Of a stretch of 64,000 bases of DNA, positions 18,587 to 28,335 are shown piece after piece. Within the stretch, counting starts at the first letter, position 1. Every line of letters begins with the position of its first letter. Source of the stretch: a virus. Taxonomy: Duplodnaviria; Heunggongvirae; Uroviricota; Caudoviricetes. The stretch is taken from the IMG/VR virus record IMGVR_UViG_3300018489_000278; one strand, 5' to 3'. The notes beneath the pieces were generated by a model. That model was not told the DNA's origin and did no database searches. It saw nothing but the letters and a program-made list of their open reading frames with translations. A program made the position numbers and the translations under genes.

Positions 18587-20875
18587 ATGAAGAAAATATT
18601 TATTGTAATTGTGGCACTGTTAGTATTATTGAATTGTTTTTTCTTGCCCTTATCGTTAAAAGCAGATACACCTATTATAGTCAAGTTGTGGATAAATTCG
18701 CAGTACATGGAAGTTAATGGCTTGAGACAACCTATAGATGCTGAGGGCACAAAACCTATAATTATTGAATCAAGGACGCTTGTTCCTATAAGAGCGATAA
18801 TTGAGGCTTTTGGTGGCACAGTTACATGGAGTCCTTCTGATAAAAAAGTAACCATTGTTCTTGCTAATAATACTGTTGAACTAACTATTAATAAACCTAC
18901 TGCTTACTTAAATGGCTTTGCGATACCGATTGATTCGAATAATAGTAAAGTCGTGCCTCAGATTATCAATGGAAGAACAATGGTACCGTTAAGGTTTGTT
19001 GCAGAATCGTTGGGTATATTAGTAGATTATAATGCAAGTAATAAACAAATTACATTGACTTATTATATTAAAAAGAATATTCCATCAATACCTCAGTTGT
19101 TGTCGCCGATTAATGGAAGTTCTATTACAGATAAAACAGTGACATTCTCTTGGACGAAAGTTCAGGATGCAGAGTATTACAAGTTCTCTATCTATTCTAA
19201 CAATAGCATAGTTTATTCAAAGGACAATGTTATAGATACCCAAATAAATATTGATACGTCGTTATTAGGTGCAGGCAGTTTCACTTGGAATGTATGTGCC
19301 TGTAATTCGTCTGGTTGTAGTGATGTGTCTTCTTCTTATAATTTTTCTATTGTTTTGAATATCGCAGTTCCAGATACACCTACTCCAATTTCACCTGCTC
19401 AGGGCATGTTATTTGAGACTACCAATATTACTTTTTCTTGGACAAGCGTTAGCAATGTAGAAAGTTATAAACTAATTATTTCGCAAGGCAATAATATCAT
19501 TTATACAAAGGACAGCATTTTGACTAATCAGTATACCTTAAGTGGTACAGAAATAACACAAAACGGTGATTATACATGGCAAGTTTTAGCGCATAACAGT
19601 GTAGGTGATAGTCCTTTATCTTCTCCTATTAACTTTACTTTTAAGAAACTTTTGACAACTAGTGATATAGCTCAACTTGTTGATAGGGTTGTATACATTG
19701 AGGCAGAGTCTTATGAAGGCACAGGTATTGGTTCAGGATTTATTATTTCCTCTGATGGAGTAGTCGTAACAAATTACCATGTTATAGATGGTGCAACATC
19801 AGGGACTGTAACGTTCAGTAATGGCGTAAAATGTAGTATAGATTATGTTTTAGGTTATGCAAAACCAAAGAATTTTGGAGATAAAGATTTTGCAGTTTTA
19901 AAGATTAATGCAACAAATTTGCCTACTGTAACAATAGGCGACTCCGACAAAGTTAAAGCAGGAGATAAAGTAGTCGCTATAGGGAATCCTTTAGGTATTC
20001 AGAATGTTGTTTCAGAAGGCATTATAAGTAAAGTATGGAGTCCATCTGAGCAACCATATCCTGGTCTTATACAGATAACAGCACCAATTTCACCAGGTAA
20101 CAGTGGTGGTCCTTTGTTTAATATGTACGGAGAAGTTATAGGTGTTAATACTTTTCAATATGTGGATGGACAAAATTTGAATTTTGCTCTTCCTTCCAAC
20201 TGGCTTAAGAGTGTAGATACTTCGTTAAAGATGACTTTAAAAGATGTGTATCAAAAAGAGAAGAGTGGAACACAACAAGATAACAAAGTTCCGATTTTAT
20301 TGTCTCCTGAAGAAGGCGAACCGATAACCTTTTCATCAGGTCGTACCATTATTTTCAAGTGGTCTAATGTAGCAGGAGTCAATCAGTATTATTTGTGGAT
20401 AGGACGAGGCCTTAGTGGAGACGATTCTTCTAAGGTGTTCGGTCAGCAGTTGTCTGTTACTCAATACACTCTTAATACATCTTTTTTAACTGCAGGACAG
20501 ATATACACTTGGGCTGTTGCTATTAAAGATGCCAAAGGGGATACAATTTGGAGTAAAGATGGACATTTTTCTATTGTAAGCACTGGACTACCACAAATTA
20601 TATCACCAATTAATAATGGGAGATGTAGTGGTAGTTTTAGTTGGTCTTCTATACCTCCTCTTTCTTCTAATGAATTTTATGCTGTTTTAGTAACAGATGG
20701 AAACGATCAAACAATATATTATGATCTTATTTTAGATAATAGCGTTACAATCGATCCCAGTTATTTTGTTAGTGGACAAAAATACACCTTTATGCTGTCT
20801 ATTGTTTATGTTGATAAAAATTTTGGTTCTTTTATACTTTATTTTAATTATGCAAATTTTTATTTTAATGGTTGA
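18587..20875 (+). CDS. Secreted multidomain trypsin-like (S1) serine protease with copper-amine-oxidase-N-like and FN3-like repeats
   Basis: Signal peptide, two CuAO-N-like repeats (TLVPIRAIIEAFGG / RTMVPLRFVAESLG), four or more repeated ~90-aa SW/FSW modules, catalytic triad contexts NYHVIDG, DFAVLKI, GNSGGPLF. Confidence 0.7.
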   Translation: MKKIFIVIVALLVLLNCFFLPLSLKADTPIIVKLWINSQYMEVNGLRQPIDAEGTKPIIIESRTLVPIRAIIEAFGGTVTWSPSDKKVTIVLANNTVELTINKPTAYLNGFAIPIDSNNSKVVPQIINGRTMVPLRFVAESLGILVDYNASNKQITLTYYIKKNIPSIPQLLSPINGSSITDKTVTFSWTKVQDAEYYKFSIYSNNSIVYSKDNVIDTQINIDTSLLGAGSFTWNVCACNSSGCSDVSSSYNFSIVLNIAVPDTPTPISPAQGMLFETTNITFSWTSVSNVESYKLIISQGNNIIYTKDSILTNQYTLSGTEITQNGDYTWQVLAHNSVGDSPLSSPINFTFKKLLTTSDIAQLVDRVVYIEAESYEGTGIGSGFIISSDGVVVTNYHVIDGATSGTVTFSNGVKCSIDYVLGYAKPKNFGDKDFAVLKINATNLPTVTIGDSDKVKAGDKVVAIGNPLGIQNVVSEGIISKVWSPSEQPYPGLIQITAPISPGNSGGPLFNMYGEVIGVNTFQYVDGQNLNFALPSNWLKSVDTSLKMTLKDVYQKEKSGTQQDNKVPILLSPEEGEPITFSSGRTIIFKWSNVAGVNQYYLWIGRGLSGDDSSKVFGQQLSVTQYTLNTSFLTAGQIYTWAVAIKDAKGDTIWSKDGHFSIVSTGLPQIISPINNGRCSGSFSWSSIPPLSSNEFYAVLVTDGNDQTIYYDLILDNSVTIDPSYFVSGQKYTFMLSIVYVDKNFGSFILYFNYANFYFNG

Positions 20876-20886
20876 GGTAAAAGACA

Positions 20887-21648
20887 TTGGAAGGACATTG
20901 CAAAAATAATAAAAAAGGATTCACTCTTATTGAAGTGATGGTTGCATTGTCAGTCCTGTTTATTGTTATTTTGGCTTTGTTAGGAAGTTATTATTCTTAT
21001 TATAGTACCGCAAAACAAACTATGTATAAGAATATAGGACAGAATTTGGCAGAGGCAATGTTAGAAGAGACTAGGAATTTAAGCGTTAGTGTATTAGATT
21101 CTCTAGTAAAAGGTGGATCTTATCCTGCTATTTGGCAGAAATATGTACATTCTGTTATATTCCCAGGTTGTTATGAAGTTACGACAGGGACACCTGCGTC
21201 AGACATTGAAGATGGTATTCCTTTTCCACAAGATACAAATCCAAGATCAGACATATACGATTCAGGGATTGTTAATTCTTCTTACAGAGTGCAACATATA
21301 ACTTCTGTATTTGGAGTATCTAATTCGTATAGAATACCTTCTAATTTGCTCAAGAATCTTCCTGCGACAATTATAATTACGCCAGTCCATACATTTAATT
21401 TATATACATTGACTGACAACTTCGACTATACAATTTTATACAACAAGTATGTTTATCCTTATTATCAAAGAAGAATTGTAATACAAGATATGACGCCAAG
21501 CGTAAGCCAAGTTGCAAATAAGTTGTATAAGTTTTATATTACAATTTATTGGAATGTAGGCGGTAGTTATAATCCATCTACAGGAGAAGTTGTCGGTGGG
21601 GAAACAAGAAGTATGACAATAGAAGGAGATAAGAGCTTCCGTGATTAA
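20887..21648 (+). CDS. Type IV pilin-like / pseudopilin
   Basis: KKGFTLIEVMVALSVLFIVIL canonical prepilin cleavage/methylation motif. Confidence 0.6.
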   Translation: MEGHCKNNKKGFTLIEVMVALSVLFIVILALLGSYYSYYSTAKQTMYKNIGQNLAEAMLEETRNLSVSVLDSLVKGGSYPAIWQKYVHSVIFPGCYEVTTGTPASDIEDGIPFPQDTNPRSDIYDSGIVNSSYRVQHITSVFGVSNSYRIPSNLLKNLPATIIITPVHTFNLYTLTDNFDYTILYNKYVYPYYQRRIVIQDMTPSVSQVANKLYKFYITIYWNVGGSYNPSTGEVVGGETRSMTIEGDKSFRD

Positions 21649-22174
21649 AAAAGGATTTACTTTGATTGAAACAATTATTGCAATGGCTATAATGCTTGTT
21701 GTTATTACTATAATTTTTAGTGTTTTATCTCAGTATTTTACTATCAGAGTATTTTACGATCAGCAGACAGCATTAGAAAGGAATCTTGTTTATGCTTTAG
21801 ATAGTTTGTCATCAGACTTTAAGCAAGCGACAGCTGTAGGAAACACTGTTTTTGTGTCGCCGTCTGATAATTCAATGATAGATGCATCACCTACTAATCG
21901 TTTGTCTTTCTACGATGCTTCTGGTAATACTGTTTCATATTTTTTGCAACAACAGAATGGCATGTATGCAATTTATAAACAGTATGGCAATTCAACTGCA
22001 TATGCTATAACGGACAACATGCCGGAACTTGTTAAATTGTATTTTGTTAGACGTGGTGGAGAGATTATAGCCACAATAGTAGGTAAATATGAATATGGTG
22101 GCAAGCAGAATACTCTTTCTTTTACTTCTATTATATACTCGAGAAACTCTCCGCAAGCAACACCATCAACATAA
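21641..22174 (+). CDS. Type IV pilin-like / pseudopilin
   Basis: KKGFTLIETIIAMAIMLVVITI prepilin motif; start overlaps the upstream stop. Confidence 0.6.
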   Translation: MIKKGFTLIETIIAMAIMLVVITIIFSVLSQYFTIRVFYDQQTALERNLVYALDSLSSDFKQATAVGNTVFVSPSDNSMIDASPTNRLSFYDASGNTVSYFLQQQNGMYAIYKQYGNSTAYAITDNMPELVKLYFVRRGGEIIATIVGKYEYGGKQNTLSFTSIIYSRNSPQATPST

Positions 22175-22185
22175 CAGGAGGTGGT

Positions 22186-23640
22186 ATGATGAAAAGAAAA
22201 GGTTTTGCTTTGATTTATACAGTAGTAGTTGCAATGCTAATTCTGTCTAGTATTGTTGCTTTATCTATAAAACTTGTTCCTGAAAAAACAATAACTGTTT
22301 CAAGAGTAAATTCGAATAGAGCTGATACAATCGCAGAACAAGGTTTATCTCAGGTAATGTTTGATTTAAGAAGTTTCGTAAATAATAGCTATACCGTTGA
22401 ATCTGGCAATAATCATTATTTACCTATTTCAAGTGGATACGATGCAAGTTCTGGTTTAAATCTCGTTGGTTTGTCTGATTTATTGGGTAAGACGAGCGGA
22501 GTTTATACTTATCCAGAAAAAATTATCTCGTCTTCTAATGGATATACTTCTGATTATCAAGCAAAGATAAAGGTTGTTAGCAATACAAATAATGTTATGC
22601 TCGCTGATGTGTACGTACTCGGTTATCTCAAAGATAAACAGAACAATATACTTTCAAGGTCTGTTGTAATGTCTTCTTTCAATGTAAATTACGATGTCTC
22701 CGTCACAGTTGGGAATTCAAGCATATTCAATTATGTTTTGTTTTCAGGATCAGATATATCTACAGCAGGAAATGCTACTTTTACAGGCAATGTTTTTGCC
22801 GATGGTTCAATTACAATGGTTGGTAATTCTAAAATTACAGGCGATGCATACGCACATGGAACGATTACACTTTCTGGTGGTGCAAAAGTAACAGGAGTAA
22901 AAAAATCAGGAGTGCAGGAAATTCCTTTTCCTAATATAAATACTGCATATTACCGAGGACTTGCAGATGCATTTAGAGCAGGCACTGCACCATACAATGG
23001 AACTGCTGGTTTTCCAAATACAAGCGATCCGTTAGTTAACAATGTTATTAAATCATATTTAGGTAGTCCAGGTAGTAATGAAAGTTTAACTAATATTTTA
23101 AGGTTTTGTTCAGATCTTGCAACTAAAGGCGGTGCTTTTAATAGTTTGACAACAGCACAGTGGGACAACATAAAAAGTAATGCACAGAATATAGTATATT
23201 ACTCAACAGACATGCTTCAGGCTACTTCTGATTTTCTATTTGTAGGTGTCCTTGTTTTAAATAATTCTTTTGGTGGATGCCAATTTGCAGGTTCTTCTAA
23301 TATAGGGAATACAACAGATTCCTCGTTATCAGCTTTGTTAGTAAACGGTCCTATTCAAATTGCTGGTAGCCCTTGTATTTATTGTAATTTTTATACGAAC
23401 GGGAATACACAGATAGCAGGTTCTCCCATTATTTATGGTTCTTTTGCGAGCAAATATATGATACAAGGTGCAGGCACTGGTACATTCAAAGCTTCTAAAA
23501 GCAGTGTTTTGAGTGTTTCTGGTCCTACCGTTGGAGGTGGATACAGCGTTGTATCTGTCGCAGGTAGTAGCACGTCTGATCCTAATGCTTTATATATATG
23601 GAGGCAAGTAAGCTATGATGAATTTGTCAATTTACGATAA
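22186..23640 (+). CDS. Large pilin-like protein with beta-helix-like repeats (PilX/minor-pilin or tip-adhesin-like)
   Basis: N-terminus KRKGFALIYTVVVAMLIL; internal repeats such as TAGNATFTGNVFADGSITMVGNSKITGDAYAHGTITLSGGAKVTG. Confidence 0.45.
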   Translation: MMKRKGFALIYTVVVAMLILSSIVALSIKLVPEKTITVSRVNSNRADTIAEQGLSQVMFDLRSFVNNSYTVESGNNHYLPISSGYDASSGLNLVGLSDLLGKTSGVYTYPEKIISSSNGYTSDYQAKIKVVSNTNNVMLADVYVLGYLKDKQNNILSRSVVMSSFNVNYDVSVTVGNSSIFNYVLFSGSDISTAGNATFTGNVFADGSITMVGNSKITGDAYAHGTITLSGGAKVTGVKKSGVQEIPFPNINTAYYRGLADAFRAGTAPYNGTAGFPNTSDPLVNNVIKSYLGSPGSNESLTNILRFCSDLATKGGAFNSLTTAQWDNIKSNAQNIVYYSTDMLQATSDFLFVGVLVLNNSFGGCQFAGSSNIGNTTDSSLSALLVNGPIQIAGSPCIYCNFYTNGNTQIAGSPIIYGSFASKYMIQGAGTGTFKASKSSVLSVSGPTVGGGYSVVSVAGSSTSDPNALYIWRQVSYDEFVNLR

Positions 23641-24208
23641 AAATAGAAATGGATTTACTTTATTAGAGATTGTTATTGTTATGGTTATTGCAGTTGTTAT
23701 GATAGGTATTGCAGTTCCTAATGCTGTTGCGTATGTTAACGCTAAACAATTGTATAATGCAGCTACACAACTTCAAGAAGACATTGCAATTATACAGAAT
23801 AAAGCAGTTACATATAGTTCTGCTAGTAATAAATTCGTTCTTCGTTTTTATATTGATGATAACGCTTATGCTTATGTGATAAAAGAAGGCAGTTATACAT
23901 TACCTCATACATTACCTAGTGATACGCAATGGCTGGTAGTTAGAGAATTTGGCAATAATTTTGGTTTTCCTGCCACTTTTGGTAATACTACTTATGAGTC
24001 AGTGCGTATAGGCGCTTATGATAAAGTGACGAGTGGCTATGTAGATATATATTTTGATAATAAAGGATTAGCTTATTGGTCTAATAATGGAGGTAATTTT
24101 CAACAGAGAAATGGTAATATTATTTTAGTTAATAGTAATTTGACAAAGGTTATCAACGTAACTGTTTCACCTTTAGGGACAGTATCAGTCGCATGGGTAA
24201 AAAATTAG
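23615..24208 (+). CDS. Type IV pilin-like / pseudopilin
   Basis: RNGFTLLEIVIVMVIAVVMIGIAV prepilin motif. Confidence 0.6.
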   Translation: MMNLSIYDKNRNGFTLLEIVIVMVIAVVMIGIAVPNAVAYVNAKQLYNAATQLQEDIAIIQNKAVTYSSASNKFVLRFYIDDNAYAYVIKEGSYTLPHTLPSDTQWLVVREFGNNFGFPATFGNTTYESVRIGAYDKVTSGYVDIYFDNKGLAYWSNNGGNFQQRNGNIILVNSNLTKVINVTVSPLGTVSVAWVKN

Positions 24209-24231
24209 CGTTAAATATAGTTTTTTGCCTC

Positions 24232-24260
24232 TTGACTTTTGTTGTTTTATAGGTTAAAAT
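24232..24260 (+). promoter_or_regulatory. Sigma70-like promoter (TTGACT, 17-nt spacer, TAAAAT)
   Basis: Read directly from the 24209-24441 intergenic region, the only sizeable gap in this stretch. Confidence 0.35.
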
Positions 24261-24441
24261 GAATTGTAGGTGTATGGGAGATATAAATGGAGAGTAAAGA
24301 AAAAGTTTTAAAAGAAAAACAAGACTCTAATGCCATCGTTTGTGGACGATTCATTACTATTTCTTCTATGTTTTCATATCAAAAGTATACTTTTAATGTC
24401 TCCATTTTTATAAAATTTCCCTGCGTAAGGAGGTGAAATAA

Positions 24442-24753
24442 GTGAAAGCGAAAGAAGTCATAGAAGCTGTTGGAATCGCCAAGAGCTTTTCTTATGATGG
24501 TCGGAATATTGTATTACAAGCCTCTTTTTATTCGCAATATCCTCTCGATTATAGAATAGTGAACGTTACACCAGATAAGACGCAGGAATACGCTAGTGTA
24601 TTAAATATAGATTCTGTTATTTCATGCAATAGTAAAGCATTACTCGATGAACTTGCAGAAGAAATTTATGGCGACAGTTTATCTCCATCATTTCCAAGAG
24701 AGTGGTTTGTGGAAGACGCAGCAGAACTTGCTGATTTTATTGAAAAAATCTAG
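24442..24753 (+). CDS. Hypothetical protein (103 aa)
   Basis: GTG start with RBS aaggaggtg. Confidence 0.25.
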   Translation: MKAKEVIEAVGIAKSFSYDGRNIVLQASFYSQYPLDYRIVNVTPDKTQEYASVLNIDSVISCNSKALLDELAEEIYGDSLSPSFPREWFVEDAAELADFIEKI

Positions 24754-24927
24754 ATGACGGTACTTATAGTTTGGGTTTTTACATTAAGCAGTACATATCA
24801 GAGCGTGACATTTCAATAGAAAATTTTCGTCAAGCATTTGTAAGAGATATAGATGAGTTTTCTTCTTTTATCGAAAACTTCCTAGATGTGCGGAGACTCT
24901 TAAACGAGGAGAAGGAGCTGTAGTCTT

Positions 24928-25779
24928 ATGGTAATTAATGAAGAGTATATTGATAGAAGTATAAACACAACAATAGACATAGTCAAGAATGCTCATTATA
25001 GAATATTATATAACTATTCGGAAAAACACAAGAAGTGGAAAGCTGAAATAGAATTAATATTCTCCATTGAGAAAGATTTGTTTAGTCACATAAATAAGTC
25101 TTTTCAATTTCTTGTTCCTAGTTATGTAGCAGTAGGTCATCCAAATGAGAAATACGAGTTTTATTTGTTGCCAGTATTTGTGAAGAGTGGTTTAGTTGAC
25201 ATGGGTGATAGTTATTACATGAGAAGTGTTTGTAATACATACAGTAAGGATAGAAAGTTACTTGAGAGAAGAACAGAGAGAGCTGTAAAGATGTTCAAAG
25301 ATTATTTTGATGATAATTTTGTAGAGTACGCTAAAGAACATTTTCATAGGATACCATCGGATATAAAAGAAACAAGAGATTTTAGTAAAACACAAAATTT
25401 GGATCTTTCTATAGATACAAAAGCATCAGTTTTTTGGTCTCCACAAGTTTCAGCAGACTATCGTTATACAGTAGATATTCGCACACGTGCGAAAAGTCAT
25501 AGCAGTAAATTATTGTTAGCGATGTACGAACATATTCGTGAGTATGTTTTAGATCATAACAATAAATGGGGTATAACAAAAGTATTAGAAACAGATTGCA
25601 TACCACAGCGGATGTTAGATGGTAATTATATTATGGAAATGAGTATCAGTCATCCATTAAGCGATTCCTTATCTAAAGGGGATATTATAGAAGCACAGAA
25701 GAAATGTTTAGAATATACAATCAATGTATACGATTCTTTTGTCAAAAAGATTATACATAGTAAAGAGGAAGAAATTTGA
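24928..25779 (+). CDS. Hypothetical protein (283 aa) with a YxFYLLP hairpin-like motif
   Basis: EKYEFYLLPVFVKSG resembles the signature of the downstream paralog families. Confidence 0.3.
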   Translation: MVINEEYIDRSINTTIDIVKNAHYRILYNYSEKHKKWKAEIELIFSIEKDLFSHINKSFQFLVPSYVAVGHPNEKYEFYLLPVFVKSGLVDMGDSYYMRSVCNTYSKDRKLLERRTERAVKMFKDYFDDNFVEYAKEHFHRIPSDIKETRDFSKTQNLDLSIDTKASVFWSPQVSADYRYTVDIRTRAKSHSSKLLLAMYEHIREYVLDHNNKWGITKVLETDCIPQRMLDGNYIMEMSISHPLSDSLSKGDIIEAQKKCLEYTINVYDSFVKKIIHSKEEEI

Positions 25780-26546
25780 ATACAGATGTTAGCGTTTCAG
25801 AGATAATGAAACAAGTGCAAACAGCAGTACAAATAAGTGTAAACGAAGAGGCTAAAGCGTTAACGGGAATTCTAATTCTGTTTCTTCCTGCCGAGGTTAA
25901 AAAAGTTAATAATGAAGAAATAGTTACTTTATCTCCGTTGTTTCAGTCTCAAGATTTTCTTGAATTTGATACAGTTCAGATTGGTGATAGATGGCCTGGT
26001 TCTTCTGTTATAAAAAATGGTAGTGACGTGTATCTTGCTAAAGGTTTTTTATTCAGTACGAATACTCTTGATGCAGAGGCAAAAGAAAAATTGATAAAAG
26101 AGATAGAGGAGGCAAAGCAGAGTATATTGCAGCAAATACATAATATAGTGGAGTTTAACATAGATAAGATAAAGCAACAGCCTTCTAATTTCTTTTCTAG
26201 TAAAAAATTAGCGTTGCCTGAAGGTGATATTGCAATTAATATATCTGAGAAATGCGTTTTTATAACATCAACAGAAAGATATCAGTTTAATTTTATTGCG
26301 ACACTTAAATCCGATAATAAAAAACTATTAAATAGGTTGTTATCTTTTGTGTCTGAATATTTTAAAGGACAGTTTGAATATCGCATTTCGTCGTTAAATA
26401 CCACTGTAAATCAATCATTCGCTTCAAAATTCGTGTGGGTTGATTCTTGTCCTTCGACTGTGTCTGTGAAAGATATGAGAGACTTCTTTGACGGCCATGC
26501 AAGTTATTTCTTTAAAATGTGCGATAAGTTTGTCGAAAAAAAGTAG
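25776..26546 (+). CDS. Hypothetical protein (256 aa)
   Basis: Overlaps upstream stop (ATGA); LILFLPAEV motif. Confidence 0.3.
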   Translation: MNTDVSVSEIMKQVQTAVQISVNEEAKALTGILILFLPAEVKKVNNEEIVTLSPLFQSQDFLEFDTVQIGDRWPGSSVIKNGSDVYLAKGFLFSTNTLDAEAKEKLIKEIEEAKQSILQQIHNIVEFNIDKIKQQPSNFFSSKKLALPEGDIAINISEKCVFITSTERYQFNFIATLKSDNKKLLNRLLSFVSEYFKGQFEYRISSLNTTVNQSFASKFVWVDSCPSTVSVKDMRDFFDGHASYFFKMCDKFVEKK

Positions 26547-26590
26547 AAAAAGATGCAGTGCAAGACATAGAAAGATAAAAGGAGAAGTAA

Positions 26591-27046
26591 ATGAGAGAGC
26601 CAAGAGATGTTGAAGAGAATAAAGAGTACTACAAAAAGATACCACAAATAGATCCAACAGATGTTGCCATAGAGACAGAAGGACACAAAATTAAAGTTCA
26701 CATAGATAATGACATTTCTTTTTTGTATCCTGCGTCTGAAACATACTATAAAGTTACTTTTACTGCTACATTAGAAACAGGAAGTCAAGAAGTATTAAAA
26801 AGGTTGGTCGGTGAGTTGATGACTCAATACGACAAGGATTCGCTTCCAACAAAGATAGTAGAAAATGTTAAAAAGACAGAGGATAAACATTATTATGCTA
26901 CTTTTCAGTGGGTAGATGTTATTGAGACAAAATCGTCAGAGTCTGTTATACAGAGTCTTGTTTCAGCTCATATATTCACCTTTGATACGAGAGTTTATAA
27001 TATAGTAAGTAAAATAGAACGAGAAAATTCTATAAATGAGTTATAA
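26591..27046 (+). CDS. Hypothetical protein (151 aa)
   Basis: Intact ORF with RBS. Confidence 0.3.
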   Translation: MREPRDVEENKEYYKKIPQIDPTDVAIETEGHKIKVHIDNDISFLYPASETYYKVTFTATLETGSQEVLKRLVGELMTQYDKDSLPTKIVENVKKTEDKHYYATFQWVDVIETKSSESVIQSLVSAHIFTFDTRVYNIVSKIERENSINEL

Positions 27047-27126
27047 GAATGAATATACATAGAAGGTGTAGTTAGATAAGAAAGAAAAGACGATTAAAGA
27101 GAAACAACAAGAAGAAGGGAGATAAC

Positions 27127-28173
27127 ATGGAGAGAAAACTCGTATCCTTAAGGCAGGTAAAAGAGATCAGGCCTATTGAAGGTGCTGATAGGATTGAAGT
27201 TGCAGTTGTGGATGGTTGGAATGTTGTTGTACCTAAAGGTTCTTTTAAGCCTGGTGATTTAGCAGTTTATTTTGAAATAGATTCTTTTTTACCAATAAAG
27301 TCTCAGTATGAGTTTTTAAGAAAGTCTTCTTACAGAAAATTTGAAAATGGAGAAGAAGGTTTCAGATTGAAGACGATTAAGCTGAGAGGTGAAATAAGCC
27401 AAGGACTTCTTATGAAAGTATCAGATATAGAGGAGCTAAAAGATAAAAACATAGAAGAACTTATAGGACAAGACTTATCTCCTCTTCTTGGAGTGAAGAA
27501 ATACGAGCCGCCGATTCCTGCAGATCTACGCGGTACTATTTATGGCACTTTTCCTGGTATTATACCTAAAACAGATGTAGAGAGGATACAGAATGTTTTT
27601 GATGAGTTTAAAGAAAAGTATAATGATATGGATTTTGAGATAACAGTAAAAGTAGATGGCACATCTTGCACTGTTTATAGATTAGACGACCACATCGGAG
27701 TTTGTTCAAGAAATTACGAACTCCAAGAAGATGATAAAAATGCATATTGGTTAGCAACAAAAATGATTAGAGAAGCTCTCCTAAAAGAAAATAGAAATTT
27801 AGCCGTTCAAGGGGAGCTTGCAGGACCGAATATACAGAAAAATCGCCTTAACTTACATGAGCCAGCGGTCTTTATTTTTGAGATATACGATATTAATAAA
27901 CAACAGTATTTATCGCCATTTGAACGTTATGACTTTTGTGAAAAGTATGGGCTAAAACATGTTCCAATTTTGGATAAAAGTAGTAAAATATTATTGCACA
28001 CATCCGATATTGAGAGTTTATTAAAGTATCCAGAAAGTATTACTTATCTTGGGAACATAATAGAGGGTGTAGTTGCAAAATCAGTAGTAGATGGCAGTAT
28101 AAAATTTAAGGTAATAAATAACAAGTATCTGTTAAAAACAGAGAACGAAGAAACAGAAGACGTAGAGCGATAA
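27127..28173 (+). CDS. ATP-dependent RNA ligase, Rnl5/DraRnl-like (N-terminal OB-like domain plus nucleotidyltransferase domain)
   Basis: N-terminal ADRIEVAVVDGWNVVVPKGSFKPGDLAVYFEIDS pattern and ligase motif I ITVKVDGTS (KxDG). Confidence 0.6.
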   Translation: MERKLVSLRQVKEIRPIEGADRIEVAVVDGWNVVVPKGSFKPGDLAVYFEIDSFLPIKSQYEFLRKSSYRKFENGEEGFRLKTIKLRGEISQGLLMKVSDIEELKDKNIEELIGQDLSPLLGVKKYEPPIPADLRGTIYGTFPGIIPKTDVERIQNVFDEFKEKYNDMDFEITVKVDGTSCTVYRLDDHIGVCSRNYELQEDDKNAYWLATKMIREALLKENRNLAVQGELAGPNIQKNRLNLHEPAVFIFEIYDINKQQYLSPFERYDFCEKYGLKHVPILDKSSKILLHTSDIESLLKYPESITYLGNIIEGVVAKSVVDGSIKFKVINNKYLLKTENEETEDVER

Positions 28174-28335
28174 TTATGTTAAGAAGGGGGTAACAATGAA
28201 AAGAAATAAAAAGATATTAATAGGTGTGTTAGGAGGTATAAAGATATGAGTAGAACATTACAAAAGCAAAACAAAAATATTTTCGTTAGTTTTTTCGTCT
28301 CATTTAATTATTTGACAAAGCAATAGGAGGCTAAT

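Noticed and set aside
24209-24441. Possible small RNA or tRNA gene in the only large intergenic gap of the AT-rich region
   Set aside because: No cloverleaf or stable stem-loop recognisable by eye. The region contains a promoter-like TTGACT-17-TAAAAT and a short leader, consistent with a simple promoter region.
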